64,000 nt of DNA. It comes from Desulfomonilia bacterium. GTDB lineage: Bacteria > Desulfobacterota > Desulfomonilia > UBA1062. Position 1 is the first letter of the stretch, and each line of letters begins with the position of its first letter. A program made the position numbers and the translations under genes. The notes beneath the pieces are model-generated. The model was not told where the DNA came from and searched no databases. It was given only the letters and a program-made list of their open reading frames with translations. Below are positions 18,833 to 28,615 of the stretch, piece by piece. The stretch is taken from contig JBEKDT010000017.1 in NCBI GenBank assembly GCA_050014195.1, positions 1 to 64,000 on the forward strand, written 5' to 3'.

Positions 18833-20899
18833 CTAACCCTTGGATCCAACAGGGAGAAGCCATATTGCCATGGTAACTCCATGTTCCTGATTCGGCTTCA
18901 CATCGATTTTTGCCCCGAGTTGGTCGGCCATGTTCTTTACCTGCCACAGCCCGAGTCCTGTGCCTTTCTTCTTTGTAGTTTGGAATGGTTTGAATAGCTT
19001 CTCCCGGATATACTCATCCGTCATCCCAACACCATTGTCAGTAATGGAGATGAATGGTAAATTTTCCCCTATACGGGCGGTGATTGTTATCATCCCGTCA
19101 TTTCCAACTGCTTCAGTTGCGTTCACGATAATATTCTCCAGGATCTTTTCAAGGACATCCGGGTCGGTTCTCATCTCGCAGGCACTTTCATAATCACGTT
19201 TGAGCTCGATTCCTTCCAATCTGGGTCTGAGCCGGTCAAGGAGATTGTCAAGGAATGGACCGATATTGAGGGTCTTCAGGTGGATTTCCTGAGGTTCCGG
19301 GATGGCCTGAAGCTTATTCATGACCTTGTCGATCCGGGCAAGGGCATCGGAGATGGTTTCCAGCATGTCATGACGGAATTCCGCCTGGTTCATATGTCTT
19401 GGGGCATTCTGGAGGATAAGAGAGAGGTGACCTGCTGCGTTCTTGAGGTCATGGAGGACGGTTGCAGACATACGGTTATAGGTGTCAATCTCTTTGTTTT
19501 CGGCAATCCTCTTGGCATAGCGTGCACTCATGAGGGCGGCGCTTGACTGCGATGCTACCGCACTCAGCAGGTCGATATCATCCTGGCCGTAGGGTGTACC
19601 CGGGTTCTCCTGGCCGATAGCAATAAACCCTATCATGGTTCCTGCCGTCATACCTACGGCGAGCTCCAGCTTATTCCGGTCAATGAAGTCGCGGTGATTC
19701 TTTACAATCTCCTCCCAAGTAGTGTCGTGTGTCTTGCATGGTGTTCTCTTCAAATAATAGGGGTTATTCCCAAGGTAAGTGATAATGGGGTGGTCATCTC
19801 TGATGAATTCGTCTCCGGAGGCGTCAGGAAAGGAAAAGGCGCGCCTGTAAACTGATCCTTCAAGCAGCCAAATGGAAAGTTCCCTGATATACATGCTGTC
19901 GAGGATCACTTGCGATGTAACGTGGATAATCTGTCTCTCGTTAAAGGCAATCGACAGGTATCCGCTTAGCTCTATCCATTCTTTTCGATAATCGTACTTG
20001 TTAGAGAAGAAGTGCGTGTTGATGAAGAATCTTATGCGATTCCTAGCTTCTTGTGAGAGGATCAATATGGAAAGAAAAATGAGTGAGAGAAAAACAATAA
20101 ATCCCATGGTCGCCAATGATAGCTTTAAACCAAACTGCCCGATCCATATGAGTACCAGCCCCGTGAAGAGAAGGTATGTGCCGATACTGATAAAGGTGAT
20201 GGAATGATAAACCACATAACGTGATACGAAGATATCCATCTCGAAGAGCTTAAAACGGATGGAAAAGAAGATGAGGAATGTGACACCCACGAGGGTGATC
20301 AGAGAGCATAGTATAAGTATGTCGTTGGTTATGGAGTTGGTGCTGAGGCGGTATATGGAGGCCATACACAGGGATGCCCCTATTGATATAGAGCCCAATG
20401 CAGGATACTTGAGAATCCTCCTGCTGGCACCTTCTGAAGATCTGAGGATGTTCTCCATAATCCAGATAAATGCAATTGCACCCAATATGAGCAGCAAAGA
20501 CTGGATACGGCCGAGCCAGTCAATGATCACTACTCTATTAAGGGTTATATCTGCATAGGCTTCCGGGTAGATGAAAAGCGTAAGTCCGTAGAGTGCACAG
20601 ATCAGGGTGAGTCCACGCCGTGTCCAGATAACGAGGTGGGCCCTTCTTGATATGTTCTTCTCCATGAGAATAACAGAAACGATAAAAAAGCTGATGGATG
20701 CCAGTTCAAAGAATGATGCGGCTTGGAGTGCTGATAAAGACTCGCTGAGATAATAAGTAAGATGACAGATCTCAATGGCTGCAATGGAGATTAGGCCGCA
20801 CGCAATGGCCTTTCCGTGTGCGGCTCCGCTGCGGGATAGAATGACCACCCCTCCCAGCAGACTCACCAGTGCAGTTATTCCATAGAAAAACAGAATCAT
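18833..20899 (-). CDS. prsK: XrtA/PEP-CTERM system histidine kinase
   Basis: Multi-TM N-terminus, HFFSNKYDYRKEW, GAF region, HDLKN H-box, DNGVGM and GTGLGL. Confidence 0.9.
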   Translation of the reverse strand: MILFFYGITALVSLLGGVVILSRSGAAHGKAIACGLISIAAIEICHLTYYLSESLSALQAASFFELASISFFIVSVILMEKNISRRAHLVIWTRRGLTLICALYGLTLFIYPEAYADITLNRVVIIDWLGRIQSLLLILGAIAFIWIMENILRSSEGASRRILKYPALGSISIGASLCMASIYRLSTNSITNDILILCSLITLVGVTFLIFFSIRFKLFEMDIFVSRYVVYHSITFISIGTYLLFTGLVLIWIGQFGLKLSLATMGFIVFLSLIFLSILILSQEARNRIRFFINTHFFSNKYDYRKEWIELSGYLSIAFNERQIIHVTSQVILDSMYIRELSIWLLEGSVYRRAFSFPDASGDEFIRDDHPIITYLGNNPYYLKRTPCKTHDTTWEEIVKNHRDFIDRNKLELAVGMTAGTMIGFIAIGQENPGTPYGQDDIDLLSAVASQSSAALMSARYAKRIAENKEIDTYNRMSATVLHDLKNAAGHLSLILQNAPRHMNQAEFRHDMLETISDALARIDKVMNKLQAIPEPQEIHLKTLNIGPFLDNLLDRLRPRLEGIELKRDYESACEMRTDPDVLEKILENIIVNATEAVGNDGMITITARIGENLPFISITDNGVGMTDEYIREKLFKPFQTTKKKGTGLGLWQVKNMADQLGAKIDVKPNQEHGVTMAIWLLPVGSKG

Positions 20900-20943
20900 A
20901 ATCTGCCTTTATCATCATCAAGTGTAGCAGAGATCTGACAAAT

Positions 20944-20960
20944 TGTCGAAAAAATTAACA
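20944..20960. promoter_or_regulatory. Putative PrsR-binding PEP-CTERM box upstream of prsK
   Basis: tgtcgaaaaaattaaca (TGT-N11-ACA), same form as the boxes at 59971, 60074 and 60939. Confidence 0.55.
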
Positions 20961-21048
20961 GTTGGACACATTACTGACCAAAATAACTCCAAATTCTAAT
21001 TTGAGACAAGACAAATCAATACGTTAGCCATACGATAAGCGATTTTCC

Positions 21049-21525
21049 GTAAATGCGTACCTCACCGGATGGATCGGCTATTTTGGGTATTTCGAAGCAA
21101 CATCAGTCTTGCGGGACCTTGATAGCTGGATCAGGCATCGTCTGCGCTGTGTGCAATGGAAACAATGGAAGGTATACAAAAGAGCTACATATGTGCTGAG
21201 GAGATAGTACCGACCAGCAAAATAAGTTTTTCATGCGCTTGAGTGGGATCGCCAACGGGGTTATACTTGGATTACATCATCGGCCGAAACGTTTTGCAAT
21301 TGGCTCTATTATACAACATTACGCAACATAAGTGCGGCCGTCACATAAACCATCTTATGTGCTGCAGCACATAAGATGGTTTAACGCTCCTAGTCCGGTT
21401 CTGCGAGGGGCGGGGAACAACGTTGGTATGGTTGTAATAGTGTGGCACCGCTGGGAAACCAGGCGAAAACGGAGAAGACAAATTTCAACCTGCAACCATC
21501 GGAGAACCCCGTCTACTCTCCTAAT
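21049..21525 (+). mobile_element. Group II intron 3' remnant (maturase X-domain fragment plus partial domain V/VI)
   Basis: VNAYLTGWIGYFGYFEATSVLRDLDSWIRHRLRCVQWKQWK, then gtccggttctgcgagggg...ccccgtctactct intron-end-like RNA. Confidence 0.78.
21346..21383. repeat. Perfect 38-bp palindrome with no spacer
   Basis: taaaccatcttatgtgctg|cagcacataagatggttta equals its own reverse complement. Confidence 0.95.
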
Positions 21526-21841
21526 CGGGGATGCACAATTGTGATAACAGTCCGTCTATTTCATTTACAAGATATTGGGGTTGGTGGAGCTAACCGCCCG
21601 CCCCCCTAAACTTTTAATGTATTTCTTAGGAAATCTTCCGATAAGATAGTTAGTTAACAAATCCTAAATAATAGGGTTTCAACATGAAGACGGAGTATAA
21701 CGTTTTTAATGATAGAAGAAATAATCTTAGAAAAACTTACAAGGCATTCGAAAAAGAATTGGTAATTAGTATATCTCAAATATCAAACCCCAAAAGGTGG
21801 ATGTGGCTTGGTTATAAGGGAGATGTTTTAACTTTAGCTTG

Positions 21842-22234
21842 ATGAAAAAATCATTAGAAGATAATCTCTTAATCCCCTCAAACTTCTGTGAAGAGGTCAA
21901 TGAAGTCGTTCGTGAGCGACGGAGAGAGAAACGGAAAAAGGTCAATATATCAATCTCGATCAAGTTGGGGAATTTGTTCAGTGGACATGGTATCACAAAA
22001 GATATCAGCAAGCATGGCCTCCATCTTAAATCTCTCCAGATCATCAGATACTATAGTAACATCCAATTCAAAGACTTAACCGGATTCTTAATCCGGGTCA
22101 TGATACCCTCTGAAGGTATAACGATTAATGGTGTGATTGACTGGGTGGACCTGAAAAATGGCGAAGGGGCAATCAGCATCTTGAGCACCTCCGATGACAA
22201 CCGCTGGCAGAAACTCTGTGAACAGGCGCAATAG
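21842..22234 (+). CDS. Stand-alone PilZ-domain protein
   Basis: RxxxR (RREKR) and DxSxxG (DISKHG) motifs. Confidence 0.7.
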   Translation: MKKSLEDNLLIPSNFCEEVNEVVRERRREKRKKVNISISIKLGNLFSGHGITKDISKHGLHLKSLQIIRYYSNIQFKDLTGFLIRVMIPSEGITINGVIDWVDLKNGEGAISILSTSDDNRWQKLCEQAQ

Positions 22235-22452
22235 GAAAGAATGTTCTTATTTCTCTCTCTATTTTTGTCTCCCTTCTTAAAGTAGGATTGAGATTCCTTC
22301 GATTTCATCTTGTTTTTATGATGCCTGGAAACTGAAGATCTTGGTAATGTTTTCCTTAGAGTCTTTTCAAATCCTCTGGCATCGAGGAGTCATTTAGGCT
22401 GCCGTGACCGCCTTGGTCTCCAAGAGCAAGGGTACCTTCTTCAGCGGTTCAC

Positions 22453-24756
22453 TTACTTCTTCAGTCCTGATTGGAGCTTTGCGAGTAATTCTAACGCCTG
22501 CTGTTTCTCTGGGAACTGTTTTTTACTACTGGTCGATTTCATCAGGTACTGCACAGCCTCTTTGCCTCTCCCAAGGTCCACCAAGGCCAACGCTGTGTGA
22601 TAGAGAATAGTCGGGTCGTCCGGGTCGTCCTCCTTCAGTTTTTCCAGTGCCAGCTGGAATTGGCCTAGTGCATTCTCGGGTAGGCCCTTCTTGAGATAGA
22701 CATAACCCAGGGTATCAGCAATCCTTGGGTCCTCAGGGTACATATCCTTGGCGGTTTGGGCATATTTCAGCGCATTCTCAAGGTCTTCCTTTTTTCCACT
22801 CTCTGCGAGAAGCCACGCCATATTATTTGCAGCAAGAGCATTTTTAGGGTTCTTATCGAGGATATACTGATAGTACTTTTTCGCATTGTCGGTTTTTCCC
22901 ACCTGTTGATTAAGAAGTGCGAGCATATTGGCGGCTTGAAGATCATCAGGATTCTTTTTTAAAATCTTTTCATATTCATCAAGGGCATCTTTCAACATAT
23001 TGTTTCGGGCGTAGAATTGTCCCAATGCATGATAAAGCGGAGGTTTGCCAGGTTCCATGCCAATAGCCTTTTTGATTTCAGCAAGTGCCTCACTTTTCTT
23101 TCCCGATTCTTCAAACAGTGCTGACAAAATCATGTGGCATCCCGAAGATTCTGCTTTTGAACAAATACCGTTTAACCTTGTGATGGCCTCCTGCAGGCCG
23201 ATGTTTCCAGGTGCAGTGTAGGCATATAACGCAAGCGCCTCATCATTTCGCGGATAGAGGGTGATGGCCCGTTCAGCAATAGCATAGGCATTCTTCTTGT
23301 CTTTTTGACTAAGTAAATACTGTATCTGTGCATGGAGGGTTATCCACTCATTCGGAACAACCTCTTTGAGAGATTGAATATAAGCCGATGCATCCTTTGA
23401 ATCGGAGGTTCTGAGTGCTGAGAGCGCTCCGATATACATAATATCAGGGGTCTTAACTGAGTGCTTGACAAAGAGATTGGTCTCTGAGAGGGCATCCTTG
23501 AATTGTCCCTGGAGGAAATAGATCTTTGCCATCATTTCATGGAGTTGAATATTCCGATCATTTTTCTTTAGAGCATTCTCAACAAGCTCCTTCGCCTTCT
23601 TCACATCACCTTTCAGAAGGTACGCCTGGGCTGCGGTTGATGCAACCATTGGATGTTCTGGGGCAATTTTCAAAGGTTGAGCCATCATCTCGATGGCCTT
23701 GGTGCTGTCTTTTTCCCCTAGGAATATCTGAGTAAGAAGGATTTTTGATTGGATATCTTCGGGATCTTTTTGCACTGTCTCAGTGAGGAGCTTTTTTGCT
23801 TGTGCGACATCATTTTTTTCCAGGAGTATCTGTGCAATTTGGGTGCGTACCTGCGTAGTGTCCTTTAGCTCGCGGGCCTTCTGGGCAGCCTTCAAGGCTC
23901 CATCCAGATCGCGATTCTGATGGAGTATTGATGACTCAAGAAGATAAGGTTCAGGGCTGGTAGGATATTTTATCTTCATGGTAGACAGCTGGCTATGGTA
24001 AAGGGCATCCATCTTGTGACGGGCATAAAACACGGTCAACTCAATGCCTGTATTTAAATTTCCATCTGAAACCCGATATGCCTCCTCAGCCCATTTTTTT
24101 GCATTGTTGATATCATTCATAAATGCATAGATATTGCTCGCCAAAAAACGTATTCTGGTAGATTTGGGGAAGAGGGCACATGCCTTTAAGACCAGGGCAA
24201 GAGCATCCTCACTCTTCCCCACGGTCATGTACATTTGGATTGTGTCAAAATACATGTCCTCTGTTGGGCTGGATGACTTTATCAGTTCCTCCATGACCTT
24301 GATACCCTGCTCCCTTTTACCGCCCATAAATTGAGATTGAGCGAGGATCTTTTTTGCCAGGGTATTTTTCGGGTCTTTCCCGAGAATGGCATATGCTTGC
24401 TTCTCCGCCATGTCGTATTTCTTTGCAAGAAGGAGCATGGAAGCAAGGTATTCTTGGGCCTTCACATTTTTGGGATCAGCTGTAGAGGCCTTGAAGAAAG
24501 CCACATAAGCCTCCCTTGGGCGGTTGAGTTTGAGCTGAGCCTCACCTAGGCTGACGAGAGTCTTCGCATCGTCAGGGGCTATCTTCAGAGCATTCTGATA
24601 TTGGATGGCCGCCTCGGCATACTTCTTCTGAGTAACATATTTTTGTGCACTGGTGAGATAATCGTGCCGCTTTTGTTCCGGGCTTTTAATGCATCCGACA
24701 AGAGCGACCACCAAGAACATCATAACAAGCACATGGAAAAGATTAGATCTCCTCAT
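22453..24756 (-). CDS. TPR-repeat lipoprotein, PrsT-like
   Basis: Lipobox LVGC, many TPRs, AANNMAWLLAE and ADTLGYVYLKKG C-terminal repeats; near prsK/prsR. Confidence 0.8.
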   Translation of the reverse strand: MRRSNLFHVLVMMFLVVALVGCIKSPEQKRHDYLTSAQKYVTQKKYAEAAIQYQNALKIAPDDAKTLVSLGEAQLKLNRPREAYVAFFKASTADPKNVKAQEYLASMLLLAKKYDMAEKQAYAILGKDPKNTLAKKILAQSQFMGGKREQGIKVMEELIKSSSPTEDMYFDTIQMYMTVGKSEDALALVLKACALFPKSTRIRFLASNIYAFMNDINNAKKWAEEAYRVSDGNLNTGIELTVFYARHKMDALYHSQLSTMKIKYPTSPEPYLLESSILHQNRDLDGALKAAQKARELKDTTQVRTQIAQILLEKNDVAQAKKLLTETVQKDPEDIQSKILLTQIFLGEKDSTKAIEMMAQPLKIAPEHPMVASTAAQAYLLKGDVKKAKELVENALKKNDRNIQLHEMMAKIYFLQGQFKDALSETNLFVKHSVKTPDIMYIGALSALRTSDSKDASAYIQSLKEVVPNEWITLHAQIQYLLSQKDKKNAYAIAERAITLYPRNDEALALYAYTAPGNIGLQEAITRLNGICSKAESSGCHMILSALFEESGKKSEALAEIKKAIGMEPGKPPLYHALGQFYARNNMLKDALDEYEKILKKNPDDLQAANMLALLNQQVGKTDNAKKYYQYILDKNPKNALAANNMAWLLAESGKKEDLENALKYAQTAKDMYPEDPRIADTLGYVYLKKGLPENALGQFQLALEKLKEDDPDDPTILYHTALALVDLGRGKEAVQYLMKSTSSKKQFPEKQQALELLAKLQSGLKK

Positions 24757-24895
24757 AAACCCTCCATTCAGAATTAACGCATCAATATTATGAATATTCC
24801 AATATCATAGTTGATCATGGAGGGAAAGTGCCCAGTACTCCTCGCCGGTCTCCCGAAGCACTAGGATCTATGGTTTCATCTCCCAACTTCATATC

Positions 24896-25170
24896 CAACA
24901 AGGCATTCCTTGATGTGGTGGGGTACCATGGATGAACAGATCATGGAATACCTTCAGCTTCTGAATTGTTATATATATTATCTTCAGGAGATATCGAAAG
25001 CTGAGAAGGACAGATTTGTCGATGATTACCTGTTAAGAGGCAGTGCCGAGAGGTATCTTCAGCTTGCAATAGAATGCTGTATAAAAATTGGTAATAGACT
25101 CCTCTCCATGATTATCTGAACACAGCGAAAATATAAAAGCCTCCCCCCGTCGGAGCGACTACAGCCGCGA
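24896..25170 (+). pseudogene. Duplicated, internally deleted hepT copy with mntA tail and flanking REP
   Basis: Similar to ~16319-16532, then jumps to 16759-16820. The residual ORF 24928-25119 lacks the Rx4H motif. Confidence 0.88.
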
Positions 25171-25177
25171 CTACAAT

Positions 25178-26128
25178 TTACTCGCGAACTTTCAACCTGA
25201 AATTATCAAAATATGCCGTTCTTGGTTCCTTTAACTTATAAGTAAAGATACAGATATTAGTTATTTCAGCCAAATCCATTGTACGTCCTTTGGGCGACCT
25301 CATTATATCCATAATATCAATGCTTATGTGATTAGGCCCGGGGAGAAGCTGAAAGCCTTTATTGAACCTGTCAGTATACTCATTATTATGTTCTTTGTCA
25401 TTGACCCGTACAGTGATTTTAAGGGGTGAAGATCCTTCCAGGAAGACATCGAAGGCAAGTCTCTTGTAGCCTCGCCAGTCATGCTGCAGATAATTCATTG
25501 ACATGCCGGGGTACTCACCTGGATGAAAGAAGACTTTAAGGGAATATTCCCCATCGGTTGGATGGAGCTTAGTACGGACTGAATCACTTTCACTGTTTGT
25601 CCACCTTGACATCTCAAAATATGTTTCGGATGAGCTCAAAAGAGGAAAATTCATTTCCATTTCCCAGGTGTCAAGGGTTGCTGCAAAGATGGGGTATGCC
25701 CGCATGATCATGAGTACAAATGCTATGCTTCTCATCAGTACTATATTTTTATGACTGGCGCTTTTTGGGAATGAATGGGAAAAAATGAGGAAGACGGCTG
25801 CTCCAAGGGAGTCAGTAAGGATGTCTCCCACTCTGAAGTAGCGGTATGGGATGAATGCCTGGATGCATTCAGTGAGTGCTCCAATAAAGGTTGTTATTGT
25901 CCATACCTTGATGTATAGATTTTTTTGTCTGATCTGCCATTTCCCATTGTTTAGAACCCAGAAGGTCACAAGGGCAATCACCCCGAACAACAGGAGGTGT
26001 CCAAAGCTTAAAATAGCATCAATAATACGTGAATCGGAATCCCCGAAGTTATTGAAGAGAAGGAATGAAGTGATGGCAGCAGTGAAAAGAATAACAAAAA
26101 AAGGCCTAGGTTTTAAGAATGTCTCCAT
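25178..26128 (-). CDS. VanZ-family membrane protein with a C-terminal carbohydrate-binding-like domain
   Basis: GHLLLFG, ECIQAFIPYRYFRVGDILTDSLGA (VanZ); C-terminal YPG...DWRGYKRLAFDV...YFDNFRL, jelly-roll-like. Confidence 0.75.
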   Translation of the reverse strand: METFLKPRPFFVILFTAAITSFLLFNNFGDSDSRIIDAILSFGHLLLFGVIALVTFWVLNNGKWQIRQKNLYIKVWTITTFIGALTECIQAFIPYRYFRVGDILTDSLGAAVFLIFSHSFPKSASHKNIVLMRSIAFVLMIMRAYPIFAATLDTWEMEMNFPLLSSSETYFEMSRWTNSESDSVRTKLHPTDGEYSLKVFFHPGEYPGMSMNYLQHDWRGYKRLAFDVFLEGSSPLKITVRVNDKEHNNEYTDRFNKGFQLLPGPNHISIDIMDIMRSPKGRTMDLAEITNICIFTYKLKEPRTAYFDNFRLKVRE

Positions 26129-26345
26129 CGTGTAGCTTTACTTGAGGATAGGCACGACGCGCAACAAAAACAAACATATGCTTATATTTAAAGATATTCT
26201 TGACTTACATGAGAAAATCTTAATCATTTCTTTATCAAGTTTGAGTTGAATAATGACGAGGATCTATTATATCTAAGCTTCTAATTGATAACCTTTTTGA
26301 ATACGAAGTATTGTTATCATTATTTTCACCCACTATGGCGGAGCT

Positions 26346-27434
26346 GTGCATAGCTTTATAGAATCAGGCAGAGTTTCTGAAAACAACACACCAATGTATC
26401 GGCTGGCAGAAGAGAAGGATGCCCTTTCATGGGATATGTTCGCGCTTTCACAACAGGAGGCCGGCCCGTATCATCTCTATGCTTGGAGACGCGCTGTTGA
26501 ATCGGCCTATGGACACAAGGTGTACTATGTTATTGCCGAGGATCATGGAGGAACGGTCCAGGGTATACTCCCCCTTATCCTCGTGAAGCCCCCGCTGATG
26601 AAAGGGCGGCTCGTATCGCTACCTTTCTGCGATTACGGCGGGGTCATTGCAGCCGATGAAGGCATAAAAAATGCGTTATATCACTATGCATGTGGCCTCT
26701 CAGAATCACTCAATGCAGGGCTCGAACTGCGTTCCAGAATAACGGAGCCAGGGCTGAGCACGGAGAACCGGCTCAGGGAATTTACCCACAAGGTACGGAT
26801 GGTGCTCGATCTCCCGGAGAATTCGGAAGCCCTGTGGAACAGCTTCAAGTCAAAGCTGAGGAGCCAGATAAAAAAACCCCAGAAGGATGGCTTTGAGTTT
26901 ACTATTGGGTCCGCGGATCTTGTGAATGACTTCTACCGGGTCTTCTCAACCAACATGCATGATCTCGGCTCGCCTGTTCATTCAAGGGCATGGATTGAAG
27001 CCGTGGTGCGTTGTTATGGCACGAGGGCCCACGTGGGAGTCATCTATGCCGGGAACAAGCCTGTGGCAGGCGGCATCATCCTTGAGGGAAATGGAATAAT
27101 GGGCATACCCTGGGCCTCGACCCTGAACAAATACAACAGTTCAAGCCCGAATATGCTCCTGTACTGGGGCTTCCTCGCATATGCATGCGACCATGGATTC
27201 AAGTGCTTCGACTTCGGCAGGTCATCACCGGGGGAGGGAACATACAGATTCAAGGAACAGTGGGGGGCTGTCCCGTGCCTCCTGCACTGGTACAAAGACG
27301 GTATTACCGCAGGTCCGATGCAAGGAGATGCCTCAGGCAGGATACGGCCCATGATCGAAAAGATCTGGGCTCGCATGCCCCAGAGGGTTGCAGACACCAT
27401 CGGCCCCATGGTCAGGAGATTTATCACCCTTTAA
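26346..27434 (+). CDS. FemAB-family XrtA/PEP-CTERM-associated protein
   Basis: LVSLPFCDYGG, LRSQIKK, PNMLLYW, FDFGRS and FKEQWGA. Confidence 0.88.
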   Translation: MHSFIESGRVSENNTPMYRLAEEKDALSWDMFALSQQEAGPYHLYAWRRAVESAYGHKVYYVIAEDHGGTVQGILPLILVKPPLMKGRLVSLPFCDYGGVIAADEGIKNALYHYACGLSESLNAGLELRSRITEPGLSTENRLREFTHKVRMVLDLPENSEALWNSFKSKLRSQIKKPQKDGFEFTIGSADLVNDFYRVFSTNMHDLGSPVHSRAWIEAVVRCYGTRAHVGVIYAGNKPVAGGIILEGNGIMGIPWASTLNKYNSSSPNMLLYWGFLAYACDHGFKCFDFGRSSPGEGTYRFKEQWGAVPCLLHWYKDGITAGPMQGDASGRIRPMIEKIWARMPQRVADTIGPMVRRFITL

Positions 27435-27451
27435 ATAAGTGGATTGATCGA

Positions 27452-28615
27452 GTGGCATATTCCCGAACATTCGATATACTTTCTCCCTGGTATCCGCCTG
27501 CAGAGGCGGCCTTACCGGTGTCGACCATTATCAGGTCGGCCCTTTGGGGTGGAGATGACTTTACCCTGGGGATCAGGAAATATCTCAACACAAGAGTTTG
27601 CGTTCTGGGCATCAGCGGCAGGGCGCTCCTGAGTCAGCTGCTCATAGCCTTGAAGGGCAAGGTGGATTCCAAAAGGAAACAGGTGTTGATACCGGGCTAC
27701 ACCTGTTATTCCGTGGCCGCCTCGGTGGTTAGGGCAGGGTTGAGTATCGCCTGCTATGACCTGAATTCCCAAACCTTCGAACCAGATATGGAATCCGTTC
27801 ATGCCATGGCCGGGCCTGAAACTCTGGCTATCATCGGCCAGCACCTCTTCGGGATCCCCGCACCTATGGAAGGCCTCATGTCGGCTGCAAGGCGCATTGG
27901 GGCATACCTCATTGAGGATGCGGCCCAGGGGCTTGGTGGAACGCTCCGAGGGAAACCGCTCGGGACCTTGGGCGACTTTGGGTTTTTCAGTTTTGGACGG
28001 GGCAAGCCGCTGCCTTTGGGTACTGGCGGAGCACTGGTGGGTGATCCGGAGATGCTGAGATCATTGGTCCTGGAACAAGGTGATTTCGGGTACCTGAGCC
28101 TGCTCATTACTGCATTAACCCGTATGCTTTCGAATAAGAGGGTCTATGGTATCCTTGAGGCATTGCCCCTTGGGCTTGGGAAGACCATATTCGATCCTGA
28201 ATTTCCCATTGAGGGCATGCCGCGGGTTGTACAGAGACTGGGTGCGAGCTTTCTGAACGATATCGAAACGCTCAACAGTCACAGATATGCCGTGGCACAG
28301 ACCTATCACGAGGTGATCGGCAATTCAATTACCCCGGGAGATCATCCCGGAGCCCGGGCCGTTTATACGAGGTATCCTGTGATGGCGGGCAGGGATGCTC
28401 TACCGAAAACCCTGTTCAGGCTTGGAGTGAGGCGCATGTATCCGAAGGCGATCATGGATGAGCCTGCCATAAAACCCTATTGTGTGCCCGGCAACGTATC
28501 CACCTCAGGGGCATCCATGATGGCCGAAAGGCTTATCACGCTGCCCACCCACAGTGCCATCTCGCACGAGGTAGCACGAGACATAGCACTGAAGGTGAGA
28601 GAGGCATATCAGTGA
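27452..28615 (+). CDS. DegT/DnrJ/EryC1/StrS family PLP aminotransferase
   Basis: IPGYTCYSV, IEDAAQ, SFGRGKPL (PLP Lys) and ITLPTH; start uncertain, GTG 27452 chosen to avoid a long overlap. Confidence 0.8.
   Translation: MAYSRTFDILSPWYPPAEAALPVSTIIRSALWGGDDFTLGIRKYLNTRVCVLGISGRALLSQLLIALKGKVDSKRKQVLIPGYTCYSVAASVVRAGLSIACYDLNSQTFEPDMESVHAMAGPETLAIIGQHLFGIPAPMEGLMSAARRIGAYLIEDAAQGLGGTLRGKPLGTLGDFGFFSFGRGKPLPLGTGGALVGDPEMLRSLVLEQGDFGYLSLLITALTRMLSNKRVYGILEALPLGLGKTIFDPEFPIEGMPRVVQRLGASFLNDIETLNSHRYAVAQTYHEVIGNSITPGDHPGARAVYTRYPVMAGRDALPKTLFRLGVRRMYPKAIMDEPAIKPYCVPGNVSTSGASMMAERLITLPTHSAISHEVARDIALKVREAYQ

Noticed and set aside
27185-27451. N-terminal extension of the DegT ORF (similar extensions at 5668, 8012, 9760, 10736, 28480, 55611, 62095)
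   Set aside because: They overlap neighbouring genes or repeats or lack family similarity; downstream starts fit better.
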